NCBI RefSeq assembly: GCF_006345805.1
Contig: NC_042997.1
Location: forward strand, 149,792,001 to 149,856,000
Direction of reading: 5' to 3'
Origin: Octopus sinensis
Lineage: Eukaryota
Length of the DNA stretch: 64,000 nt
The notes below the pieces were generated by a model. That model worked only from the letters and a program-made list of their open reading frames with translations, was not told where the DNA came from and searched no databases. Positions within the stretch are counted from its first letter, which is position 1, and every line of letters starts with the position of its first letter. Positions 49,946 to 62,315 of this stretch are shown piece by piece. The position numbers and the translations under genes are program-made.

Positions 49946-52808
49946 GTTGTTGTTGCTGCTGCTGCTTTTATTATTAGTAATATTAGTGTTACTAGTACAA
50001 GTCCAACGTGTTGTAACTTCTTTGTGTCTAACGACATCTGTTTTATGAGAGATTCAAAATAAAATAGGTAGCAGCCATTTCCTCCGCAAACTGATAAGAC
50101 TGACATGTTTGGAGAACTTGACCATAGAGGTTGACAGAGCTCAGATTACATGAGTACGACAGAGCCTTATAAAGCATCCCGTCAAATTATGTTCGCTTAA
50201 CGTACTACAGATAGCAACTAATTCATTCATCTTCATATCGCATCCTAGTACCTTACAATAGAAAAGATATGTTAGAAAATGTAGCTATAAATGTATTTTG
50301 CTTGAAACAGAGATAAAATGGTAACGGCTATATCTTTGATCAGTTCACCTCGGCACTACAGAACAACGTCTACGCTATGAGCCTACAGTGTTAAACTGTG
50401 TGCTATGATATGTCTGCGCTATATCACTAAACTATTATTAACCATGCCTAATAATTTGCTATAAAACAATACAATTAGAAACTGAGATATTCTCTCCATA
50501 TGTGGAGATAAGAAGAAATATTTATTTTTAAGGCAAATACTACGATGTGGAAATAATTGTCTGGCAATAGTTAGTTACATCACTTGTGGCACAGAAACAG
50601 AGCGGTTATAAATATTTTTATATATCTAGTTAATTTTGCCTATTTTACACTTTACTTCTCATGACAGACATCTTTCTGCTTTGCGAAACATGGTTTCTCA
50701 AAACACTAGAACCGAAATCACATTGCTAGATGTATTGGAGGTGTAACTTACCGCAAAAGTTTTATATGATAAGCAACAGAAAATTTCTGAAGTGATTTTG
50801 AAGTATATATGTTATGCACTAAGCATTCTGGACGCCGCAAGTTATTTTTGGGGGCTTTAACTGCAGTTTTTATTATTTTAATGTTTCAAGAACCTGCTTA
50901 GTGGAACACCAGTACTGAGAAATTTGACCAGTGCTCTTTGCATAACTACACTACTGTATCGTTTCCAGAATAACGCTTTTCTTAACACTACAAAAAATCT
51001 TCAGACCATACAGGATATTTCGAACATTTCTATGTCATAGTCTTGATTTATTCAAGAAGATAATAATCAGCAATTAAATCACAAATCAGATCTACTACCT
51101 ATTTGAAAACGTACATTTGTATATTCTTGTTTATTATGATTAAGTAAAAAGGAAACCTAAAATTGTTTCTGGCAGAATTCGATCGGAAGTTTGTAAGTTT
51201 AGGGTGTCAATCACATTTAGTTGCACACCAGTTGTATGAATATATCTTGGGAAACTATTTCATAAAAAGACTATGAACCACTCCTAAAAGCAATTTAATC
51301 TAGATGCACGAAACTAAAATTTTCGACAAATAGAAAAACAAAAAAATGCGTTTTGAAAAAAATCTTCCACTTCATTATATTCTGCATGAATAAGCTTCAG
51401 CTGGAATCTATTTTGAATTTAATCCTTTAAAAGTTCTTATCTTCTGTTTTCTTTCTATCATTTGCTTTTTTTTTCTTTCATTCTAACTGAAACACTTCTT
51501 CATTAAATAGTAATAGAATATTTCTAAATCTATGTACATCTAGTATTTTCTTTTTAAAATTTTGCCTCGCAATATTTTCTTTATATAACATTCTCTAAAA
51601 CAATACACACGCGGTTAAATTCCCTCAGGATACTGCCTAAATAACAAAATAAAAAAAAGAAGTCCACATATGGGTGCCAGAATCGATGTCAATTCATCAC
51701 ATTCCTTTGGGATTTTAAAAGAATGGCAAAATGGAAAGAAAGAAAAGAAGCACAAACATTTTTACTCAATGTTCCCCTGTAGTAATACAATTCTTCACAT
51801 ATATTACTTGAATTAAAACAGATGTTTGGAAAATATACTGTATGCTTCCTTATGTTCGTATACTCGTACATACATACATGCATACGCTGTTATATACGTA
51901 CATACTTACATAAATAGTGACCCGCCTCTAGTTATATACATATATAACTTGTTTAGAGATCTTCTATATGAGTTTGCACACACACACACACACACACATA
52001 CGTATGTAGGTAGGTAGGTATGCATGCATTTCGTCTTTTTTCCATTATATATCAATATTTGTTTATCTACGATATCCCAAAATTAGTTACGTTGATTAAA
52101 TTGAAAAAGTTGAATATGCTAGAATTAATTAGATGATACACTATCACATTTACGGCGAAAAATAATGTTATATCACATACCACTAGGATGAAACAATTAT
52201 CTCCTTTTTTTTTTTAAAGCATACCTGAAGCAAAACAAAAAGAAAAAAATCACCCTCTGAAAGGAAACATAAAACAACGAGGGAATTTCTGTGAGACCGC
52301 TACAAACAACAGTTACGTCCCGCTCACGCCACTTTGTACAATGCAGTCATGTATGCACAATATCTGAAGAAGAACGGCTCGAATACGTCTCATCAAATAG
52401 ACTTACTCATAAAGATTAAAACTTTATTCAAAGAGCCTGAAAGCTTATGCTGTATTGTGTCAGTACAGGAAGGACCAGAAAAATAAATAAGGTCAGCTCA
52501 TGGTATGACAACAAAAAATATCAGTGTCATGATCGTTGATGCTACCCCCTAGCGGCGAATGTGCATACCTCTTTAGCAATAAACATTCGATAAGGCAAAT
52601 CTACGGATTAAAGTAGAGTCCTGGTGCCAACATAAAATCCCTGATTTGTGGAACTTATCCCTTCCATAGGTCTCCATGTACGGAGATCGATTGAATTGTA
52701 TGTAGGATGAACACACAGATTAACTGTGAGGTTAGGAATATAGTGTATAGCTTACGATGTACTGAGGGACGGTGTAGAAGCATGACAATTACTTACATTG
52801 AAGACAGT

Positions 52809-52982
52809 ACGCAGTATAGGAGAGCGTATAGCTGAACACTAGCCAGAACACAAAGAAGAGAGAGGCTCATCAGTGCTCCACCAACATGCTCAAGCACGCA
52901 GTATAGGAGCGCGTATAGGTGAACACTAGCCAGAACACAAAGAAGATAGAGGCTCATCAGTGCTCCTTCAACATGCTCAAGT
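52809..52982. repeat. 87-bp tandem duplication (2 units)
   Basis: ACGCAGTATAGGAG...CAACATGCTCAAG starts at 52809 and 52896, with only a few substitutions between units. Confidence 0.92.
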
Positions 52983-53460
52983 AGAACATAGAGGTTCAAT
53001 CAATAGCATAGAGGTCAAAGTATTATAAACCCATAGAACTGAGACGACATTTAGGCAGATCACAGAGGCACCACCACACCACGCAACATAACAACTAAAG
53101 ACTGGAGGGAAAAAGTAAACCCAAATATAAACAGGCTAATACACATACAATAGACATATATGCACATTCCTATGATAAATAAAAAAAATTTACAGACGTA
53201 AGAAAAACTGTATAAATGACATGGTTACAAATAACATAGGAAGCGAACGCATATACACACACAAACACACATAGGGTAACTTCACAGACGGCCGCAGTAA
53301 TATCAGCAAGACGACTAACGACAACGGTAATAGCAACAACGGCAACAACAACAACTACCACAATGGCACCAGCGTGGGGGAACACACAAACACTGTTATA
53401 AGAACAGTACAAAAAGACTTAATTTAGTGCAGCAACACCGGCTACGGGATAGGGGACGGG

Positions 53461-53509
<49 letters not shown>

Positions 53510-53773
53510 CTGTACAGAAACACACAAACAAAGATGCATGCGTATAAATGGAGACACATCATAGAAGAACGGAATAAAATAAGCAGAGCAAGAACATACA
53601 CAGAGACGGAACGTGCCGCTGAGGTCACAGATGTGTGTCGAAAGGTTTCCGGACAATGGACACGAGTTAGAATAAGAAGCGTGATAAACGAGTAAAGAAC
53701 GAATATATAGTGCGCGTGTTTATTTGGCAAAAAAAAAAAAGAGAAATTAAAACGGCCAGCCCGAAATACAGCA

Positions 53774-53815
<42 letters not shown>

Positions 53816-53821
53816 CTATGT

Positions 53822-54271
53822 ATCTTTTATTCTTTTATTTGTTTCAGTCATCTTGACTGCGGCCATGCTGGAACATCATCTTTAGTCGAACAAATCGGCC
53901 CCATGACTTATTCGTTATAAGCATAGTGCTTATTCTATCGGCCTCTAACCGAGCCGCTAAGTAATGGGGACGTAAACACACGAACATCGGTTGTCAAGCG
54001 ATGGTGGGAGGACAAACAAACACGCAAACACACACACACACTCACACATACACAAAGTCACGCACACACACATACACACACACACACACACATATATATG
54101 TATGTATACGACGGGTTTCTTTCAGTTTCCGTCTACCAAATCCACTCATAAGGCTTTGGTCACCCCGAAGCTACAGTAGAAGACGCTTGCCGTAGTCGAC
54201 ACGCAGTCGGACTGAATCTGGAACCATGTGGTTGGTAATCAAGCTACTTACCACGCAGCCACTCCTGCACC
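53822..54271 (-). mobile_element. Near full-length tRNA-derived SINE with internal (CA)n
   Basis: The - strand begins GGTGCAGGAGTGGCTGCGTGGTAAGTAGCTTG...CATGGTTCCAGATTCAGTCC (tRNA-like head) and ends CAGCATGGCCGCAGTCAAGATGACTGAAACAAATAAAAGAATAAAAGA. Confidence 0.85.
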
Positions 54272-55430
54272 AATATTGCATATTTGTTTTAAAATTTCCT
54301 CCTTTGAAAGATGAGGGTGTGGTTTATAGAACACTTAGTTGAGACTTCTTGCTACTTCAGTTAACAGTCTGCTGTCAACTCTAAAAATGCCCACTCCTAT
54401 GCAAATGATACCACTCATCGTCTTCTCTTACCTCCCTCACGTGAGCCTTATCTGCAATCAGCTTAAATACCTCACATCATATCTAAACTTACCCCCGTCA
54501 ATAAAGCGTTGAAGGGTCTATCTTTGAGGTCATGTCCATTTTGTCTGTAGCAGCAAAAGCAAAATCGATGTACATATCTAGGAAACGTTATCAAACCACT
54601 CAGACCCCTATCGAATATTAACAAAGCACTACTAATACATTGCCGATTACTTTGAATGTTATGTCTCATTTTCTCTAAGCATGTTTCGTGGCGAAATTAG
54701 ATGCTGAACATAGGAAATGGTAAAGACTTCATTAGAAAACATTTCGTTTCATGTCAGTGGAAGAAACTATTTCATACTTCAAAAACTTATAAATTTGCAC
54801 AAAGCATTAGTAAGAACCACAATTGAGTATATCTTCCACCTCTATAAATGTTGTGCTGCTGCTACACACACAAAGATGCAAAAGAGGATCTTTGAAATGA
54901 TTCAATAGAAATTGCTTGAAAATACACGCCAGCTTCTGCCAGACCAGCAGGTAAGATCGTTAGAGCGTCAGACAAAATGTAATGACTTACTTTTTTCCAG
55001 TCGTCTAGGTTCTAACAAATCCAGCTGACGTCAGATTTGCCATTTATTCCTTCCAGATCGATAACGTAATTTGAACTACTTCAGGATTAGGATCAATGGT
55101 ATCGACTAATTCCTTTCCCTCAAAATTGCTGACCTTGTGCATAAATTACAAACCATTATTAGTTGGATAGCAAAGCACGAAATGGCTAAAGTGAAACTGC
55201 GTCTCGCCTAGCAGCATTTTGGTGTACTGCGAAGTATGTACTGAAAATAGATTTACTAAAATGATAATAGAGGGAGAAAATATAATTTTCATTCAGTATG
55301 CTGGGAATTATCACATATTGTCAAATGTAATCGAGTTTATCGCATTGCTGTTCTGATATTAAGACACTTTGAGATGTTCAAAATTGATATTCACATTCGG
55401 AAATACAGCAATATTTTAATACGGAAGAAG

Positions 55431-55480
<50 letters not shown>

Positions 55481-57083
55481 GCAGACAACATGTGGATACC
55501 TTGTTATGTGAAGCGTATAGCTAGAGCCAGTTATAGCGAAGAGTTAAATGTTACAGAGATCTCAATCTTGATAATGTGCTGAAGTAATATTTACACTAAG
55601 TAGACAAAATGCTTGTTTTGTAAAGTTTGAACTTTGACAGTCACAGTACTTTGTGCAAAACTGTGAGACAAGTAGGCAAACAGTTGAACATGTAAACTTG
55701 TTCTTGTACTTCCGGCGATATATCAGAAGTGTGAATCTAACTGCGTCTATTATTAACGATAAATGATTCTACAAACCATGTATGTGTTATAACGTGTTAT
55801 ATCTGTTATAAGATATGTAGTTAGAAGAGGAAATAATAACAGAGAGATTCCTTACGACAAAATACGAGATGATATAATTATTGAGCACAGAAGCAAGCTC
55901 TTGCCCGGAAGGACTATAACTACTACAGTTATCTACATCTACTCTAAGAATCAATATTAATCAATAAGTGATTAAAGATTCCATGAAGATGTCGGAAACG
56001 GAAAGGCAAATATTAATTATATCTGAAATTTCGAATCTGTAAGATATTTTCCTGCCTGACTTCAGGCATAACAGAAGAACTGGTAGAAATTCTGTATGAA
56101 CAAATCCTATTGCCAAAGATGCATCCGATATTATATTGCAGCTTCTTGCTGTTATGTATCTTTGAAACTATGTGGTGACATTTTCCATTTTGTTTAATAA
56201 ATACTGTTACACTTTCTCTATTTATAATTTCCCATAGGTTTCTCAAAACTAAAGAGTTTTATTCGATATTATCTGCGTTGCTGTATTTCTGGCTCACTGT
56301 ACATCAATATATTTTAAACAATGAAATATTATCGTTTCCCATTGAATGAATTTCTAACTGAATGATTAAAAGCACAATTCCTTCTTAGTTTTAAGGAGAT
56401 TGATGTACTATTATTACAAAAGTTTGAGTAAATTCTATTCACTACACTAAATACACAAAAGACACAGATGTTCTTCACCATGATGGAGATACTTTTAGGA
56501 AGCTATATTACACATTTAAGTGTTTTTTACTTCAGCTGCTTCCTTTAATAATTTCTTTTATTTGGTCTTTAAGAACGGCTAATACGCTGCTGTCTTAATA
56601 CATATTACTGATCAAATTAATAGCAGATGTGTAATAGTGCAGAAGAAGAGGGAGAAGAAAAATAACTGAAGATGAAAAATATAATTACAATTTCATTATC
56701 TGAAAAAATTACTCTTATTATAGAAATTAATATTTCCATTGTAACTCTAGACATTGTTGTTCTCTTTCTGCGCTTTCGGAACGACTGTTCGGTAATTGCT
56801 TTCTTTCTGTTGATTTTTCACTTTTCTTTTTATTGTAGTCTTGAAACTTTAACATTTTAAACTATACTTTATTAATCGTGAATTATATGTATATTTTTTT
56901 TTTTTTTGTCATTTGACTATAATAGTACTAACAGTAGGGATTCTCAAATAATTATTTTGATTTCTTTTTCTCTGTTTTGATACAGAATGCCTATCTAAAT
57001 GAACGTCAGTATTTTTTACGATCTAGTTGCATTACATATGAAATAGTTGTGATGTGCAGCAATGGTCGAAACCTCTCTCTCTT

Positions 57084-57134
<51 letters not shown>

Positions 57135-57301
57135 GAGTAGCTAAGTTGATGCAAGGTTCTAGATAAAATTCAAGAGGTCTGTCTTCGGGCGAGATTTAAA
57201 TATATTGTGCATAGAGCTTTTGTATCTGAACAGACAAGAAGTTCTATGCTTAGTGGTAATACGTTATTTTTTATATAGACAAGTAGTATAAGATTTAGAC
57301 A

Positions 57302-57376
57302 TGGAAGCCGCGGGCACGAGGCCGAAGGAAACTGACCGCAGGTGCAGATCTCGGTGGTAGTAGCAAATATTCGAAG
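57302..57376 (+). pseudogene. Isolated ~75-bp 28S rRNA-derived fragment
   Basis: CCGCAGGTGCAGATCTCGGTGGTAGTAGCAAATATTC matches the conserved LSU rRNA segment CCGCAGGTGCAGATCTTGGTGGTAGTAGCAAATATTCAAA. It is preceded by a GC-rich GGAAGCCGCGGGCACGAGGCC; the flanks are not rDNA. Confidence 0.75.
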
Positions 57377-60231
57377 TTATTAGACTCCAAACTGTATACC
57401 GTGTGCGCGCAAGCATCATGTGGACGTACTGTACAGTTGAAACTCCTAATATCGACGTTCTGTTGTTGTAAAGTTAGATATATGCAATGGTTATCGCCGC
57501 CATCATATGTACATTGGCTCGATTTCCATAGGTTCTTCTGTAAGATTTTCATTGTCTAAGGGATGATTTACTCGATAAGTAGGGAGCTTTTGTTTATAGC
57601 TTTATTTCCATTTATGCAGCTTCCATTGGAGACAATTTGAAGTATCTCTATTTTTGCAATGAACGAATATATATATGTATACTATTGCTAATGCTGTTAA
57701 ATCTTTTCAAGCAGACCTTTATCGTGTACAATTGATAGACATAGCTAGTGTTCTAAATGCATTATACGACCACCTACATCAAGACTAACTTATACAATTC
57801 CAAATGTTATATAAACGTATATACACCACATATAAGGCGTTATTCTTTTACAACTAACCTTCAGTTGATTGCCGTTATACGCACACACCAACTTCAAGAG
57901 TTTTAATAAATGACTTTGACGTAAATTCTTACTTGAGACTGTTAATAATTACATTGTTCTCTCACTGATGGTTAGTATATCCTTTTTTATATAAAGGGAT
58001 ACAATTTGACATACCAGTTAACACTGGCAAGTGTAAACCCAGATACACATCCAGATATAGACACAGAAGAAAAAACACATATAAATACACATAAACACAC
58101 TTACACAAACATACACACACATACATATGCGCGCACACACACACACATAAATATTTACCACCGGCTTCCTCTCATGTTTTCATTCTGCCAAATTTCATAC
58201 ACAGATCATTGGTCAATCTGCAACTATATAATTTAGTTATCGACCAGTCATGGGAGGTGAGGCAGTAACTACCACTCTTCTCGGCTAGCCAAAGGCTGAT
58301 TAGGAAGGTATCTTCAACTGAGAATACTGCCCCGTATGCTTCTAAAGTATTGTATTTGGCTTAAGGCATCCACAGTTCGAATGGTGGTGTTAAACCATGC
58401 TTCGAATATCGTCTTCTATCTGGGAAACGAAATAGTATATCAGAGGTTCTTCTCAATCATTTCCGCTTAAGAAACACATTCTTCTCAGAAGAAAAACTTT
58501 CCCAGAGTGCCGTGCAGCTTAATAAAACTGAAACATGGCTACGAAACGAACTTCTTCACTCTACGAACGTCAGTGTCTATTTCTGTATATACTATATGTT
58601 TCTATGCATATAAATTCGTACACGTTTGTCCTTATGCGCATATGCTTTTGTTTTCTTATGTCTGTATATATGCCTTTATGTACGTGAATCGATTGATATC
58701 TTAAGTATTACTTTCTGACTTAATAGTTTATGACAAGGTTTTCCAATCTTTCTGACTCAGTGGAATTGTGAGAATCAAACACAAAAAAAATAGTAGTGCA
58801 AGGAATATTTTTGTATCGAGATAACTTATAGTTGAAAAGTTGGAAAACAGGAATTGAAAAATATTACTTACTTTTACTTTTGTCACTCACAATGAAGTCA
58901 TTTTTCAAGACAACCAAGCATTAGTATGGGATTTTCTGGCGTCTTTAAGTATTTGAAAATTCGATGCTCTTTTACTCAAGAGCATCAAGTTATGCTACAT
59001 TGCGAACTAGTGTACTGCTAGGCAGCTTTAGGGATGCACTACTTTTTGGTATAAAAAAGTGTAGTACTGGGAATGGTTTTTAACGTTCGAGTGGCATTTT
59101 GTTTTACAGTATATTCCTGTTGCTGGATTTTGTTGTTATTGTTATTTCGTTTGGCATCAGCCTTGAACAAAGTAACCTATCTCATTTTGTATATCAATGT
59201 CCAACATGTCTCTTTTTTTACTGCAGGAAAGCATATCATAAGGCAGGTTCGAGTCCTATCTCTTGTAAGTCAGGCAACTGCATAGAAGCAACCTCGTTGC
59301 TAATATTTAAGTTAAAAATCCACCAACGTTTGCAGTTAATAAGTATAATGATACTCATACAACAATATTATGGGAATCAGTATGAGCTTTTGTGTATTTG
59401 TACCTGTTGTGACGGAGTAGCTATAATAGAATGTTTCTACTCGAGTTGTAATAGAATTTTGAAGTAATGTTTAGTAAATTCACCGCCTGCAATGGGAGCA
59501 GCTTCTACAGAGGCTGTGATGACGCAAAATATGTAATTTGATGTACTTTGTAGGTTATGAAGTTATGAGGGAAGGCAACTGGTATAATCGATGATGCAAA
59601 TAATATATTGTCTGCTCATTAACGCTAGTTTTCTCTTCTGTATGTGCTTATTATAATGAGACTAATATAAACTTACTTCTGTACGTGACAGAAACCATCA
59701 ATTCTTCATCTTGCATCCTCTTACATTCTAAAGTAAAATATTTCTCAACGCTACGCAAGTCAGTCATCTGACTGAAGGAATACCATAGGAGGTGTTTGAG
59801 AAAGAACATTATTATCATCTACATCTTAATCTAACAAACACGGTGATGGCATTTAAGCTTCTTGTACACGCTCGTTACATCTAGTGGACATGTACAGCTA
59901 ATCAAATTGCATCACAGTATCTTAAATCAGGGATCTATTCGGCCATCCAACAGCTGATTTTAAAACCACGGTAAGAATCAGGAATAGAACTCTATTGTTC
60001 ATAAGCCTGTTCGGTCACGGGCGTTCTTGGTTTTAAATATAAATAAGTTTACACCAGTCCATGCACTAAATCTGTTGCGAGATTGTTCGACATTTTAAAA
60101 TTAGGACAGAAATTTCCACAAATCTCATTCTGTCGTCCTTAAAGCAGGGACAGAATCATTGGAATATATGACATTTTAAACGCAATAACAGTACCATTTC
60201 TCTCCCTCCTCCTCCAACATTTCCTCTCTCT

Positions 60232-60287
<56 letters not shown>

Positions 60288-60636
60288 CTTCTTTCTTTCA
60301 TAGATTATATTCCTTCTTGAAGTTCTTTTTGTAGGAGTTTGTGTACTGGAAATATTTCATTTGCACACTTAAAATTTCACTAAATTTTGGATCGCTTCGA
60401 AAACGTTATGCTAACATATATTTTCGGAAATATTAATTACGATATTTACTATATCTATATATGTTAATGGAATTGTCGGTTTTGTAAGGTGAATTCTACA
60501 ATAAAGACATTATTTTTTCTACACTTATTTTTGTTGTCAAATACTTTGAATTTCTCGAAATTCAGAGTATTCGAATGTACTTCTCATACATGAAGAGTTA
60601 CCTTGGATGCGTAATCTACCGACACTGAAAGGCATC

Positions 60637-60845
60637 GAGCTGGCAGAAACGTTAGCACACCGGACGAAATGCTTAGCAGTATTTCGTCTGTCTTTATGCT
60701 CTACGTTCAAATTCCGCCGAGGTCGACTTTACCTTTCATCCTTTCGGGGCCGTTAAATTAAGTACCAGTTGCGTACTGGGGTCGATTGAATCGACTGGCC
60801 CCTCCCCCAAAATTTCGGTCATTGTGCCTAAAGTAGAAAAGAATC
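60637..60845 (+). mobile_element. Complete SINE family A copy
   Basis: GAGCTGGCAGAAACGTTAGCACACCGGACGAAATGCTTAGC...GTTCAAATTCCGCCGAGGTCGACTTT...GGGGTCGATTGAATCGACTGGCCCCTCCCCCAAAATT. Confidence 0.85.
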
Positions 60846-60912
60846 TACTGACGTTTACGAGTGTTTATTGGATGCTATTAACCAAATTCTTTTATATGTA
60901 TATATATGTATA

Positions 60913-60981
<69 letters not shown>

Positions 60982-61141
60982 AAAGGCTGAAGTCTAATAA
61001 CGGAGGCAATAAGAAATGAAGATATAAGACGCTTGAGTTTGTATCATGCATTTGTGTGAGCGGCGTAGGACTAAAAGAAAGAGAAATGTAGCGTTCCAAT
61101 AGTTTTCAATAAATTTTTGCGTGTTTATGTATTCATGTATA

Positions 61142-61470
61142 TATTGGGTTAGCAACTAAGTTCCCGCCGTTTTTTTAAATTTTGGAATTTATTGCGTTTT
61201 TAAATTTTGGAATCTATTTTTTTCGAGAATTCTATTGTTGAATAATTTTGGAGACCATTTTTCTTCTAGTTAATTTTAGTTAATGTTTGTTTATTCTCAG
61301 ATCATTCAAATGGAATGTCAAGTTAAGAAAAAACGAGCATTTTTGACACATCCATCATTTTGCTTTTAATCAAAGTTCTCAGGCCGCAAAAGCTGCTCGC
61401 GATATTTGTGCTCTGTATGGAGAGGGTGCCATAGCTGAAAGAACCGCTTGTGATTGGTATGCCAAGTTAG
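61142..61470 (+). mobile_element. Mariner 5' remnant (Mos1-like N-terminus) truncated by SINE sequence
   Basis: TA-TTGGGTTAGCAACTAAGTTCCCGCCGTTTT TIR. From 61310, with a frameshift: MECQVKK(N)EHF*HIHHFAFNQSSQAAKAARDICALYGEGAIAERTACDWYAK. Confidence 0.82.
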
Positions 61471-61492
61471 TACGCCGGAAGAAATTCTTAGC

Positions 61493-62028
61493 GGTATTTC
61501 GTCTGCAGGTACGTTCTGAGTTCAAATTCCGCAGAGGTCGACTTTCATCCTTTCAGGCTCGATTAAATAAGTACCAGTTACGCACTGGGATCGATATAAT
61601 TGACTTAATCCGTTTGTCTGTCATTGTTTGTTCCCTCTCTGTTTAGTCTCTAATGGGTAGTAAAGAAATAGGTATTTCGTCTGTCTTCACTTTCTGAGTT
61701 CAAATTCCAGTGAGGTCGACTTTGCCTTTCATCATTTCGGGGTCGAAAAATTAAGTACCAGTTACGCACTGAGGTCGATGTAATCGACTTAATCCGTTTG
61801 TCTGTCCCTGTTTGTCCCCTCTGTTTTGCCCCTTGTGGGTAATAAAGAAACAGGTATTTCGTCTGCCATTACGTTCTGAGTTCGAATTCCGCCGAGGTCG
61901 ACTTTGCTTTTCATCCTTTTCGGCGTCGATTAAATAAGTACCAGTTACGCACTGGAGTCGATATAATCAACTTAATCCCTTTGTCCTTGTTTGTCCCCTC
62001 TATATTTTGCTTCCTGTGGGCAATAACT
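61493..62028 (+). repeat. Head-to-tail trimer of a SINE family A core (about 180-bp unit)
   Basis: GGTATTTCGTCTG at 61493, 61671 and 61853. Each unit ends TTGTTTGT.CCCTCT...GTGGG.A.TAAAGAAA or a close variant. Confidence 0.88.
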
Positions 62029-62065
62029 AACTAAATAAATAAATATATAAATACACACATATATT

Positions 62066-62180
62066 TATATAAAATATTCTATAATTATATACATAATAAT
62101 AATCAGGGGTCAGTACATGGCGAGGTACTTAGAAGACCCCTGATTATAATTATGTATATAATTATAGAATATTTTGTATA
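62066..62180. repeat. About 115-nt inverted repeat (hairpin, MITE-like)
   Basis: AAAATATTCTATAATTATATACATAAT(A)ATAATCAGGGGTC pairs with GACCCCTGATTATAATTATGTATATAATTATAGAATATTTT. Confidence 0.85.
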
Positions 62181-62269
62181 ATTCACCTAAAAATATTTTT
62201 TAACGTACTGACTACTTGGGAAAATTATTAATTATTAATTAATTAATTAATTAATTAATTTTACCCTAT

Positions 62270-62315
<46 letters not shown>

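Noticed and set aside
53500-53535. Minus-strand CTTTGTTTGTGTGTTTCTGTACAG|GTATGT junction
   Set aside because: Both halves derive from (GT)n microsatellite sequence, so the motif arises easily by chance.
58238-58560. GC-richer unique block with long semi-open frames on both strands, and a CTTCTCGGC...TAGCCAAAGG resemblance to U2 snRNA
   Set aside because: Frames are interrupted by stops, no protein family is recognisable, and the U2 similarity is two short non-colinear words. It may be a decayed TE or gene remnant.
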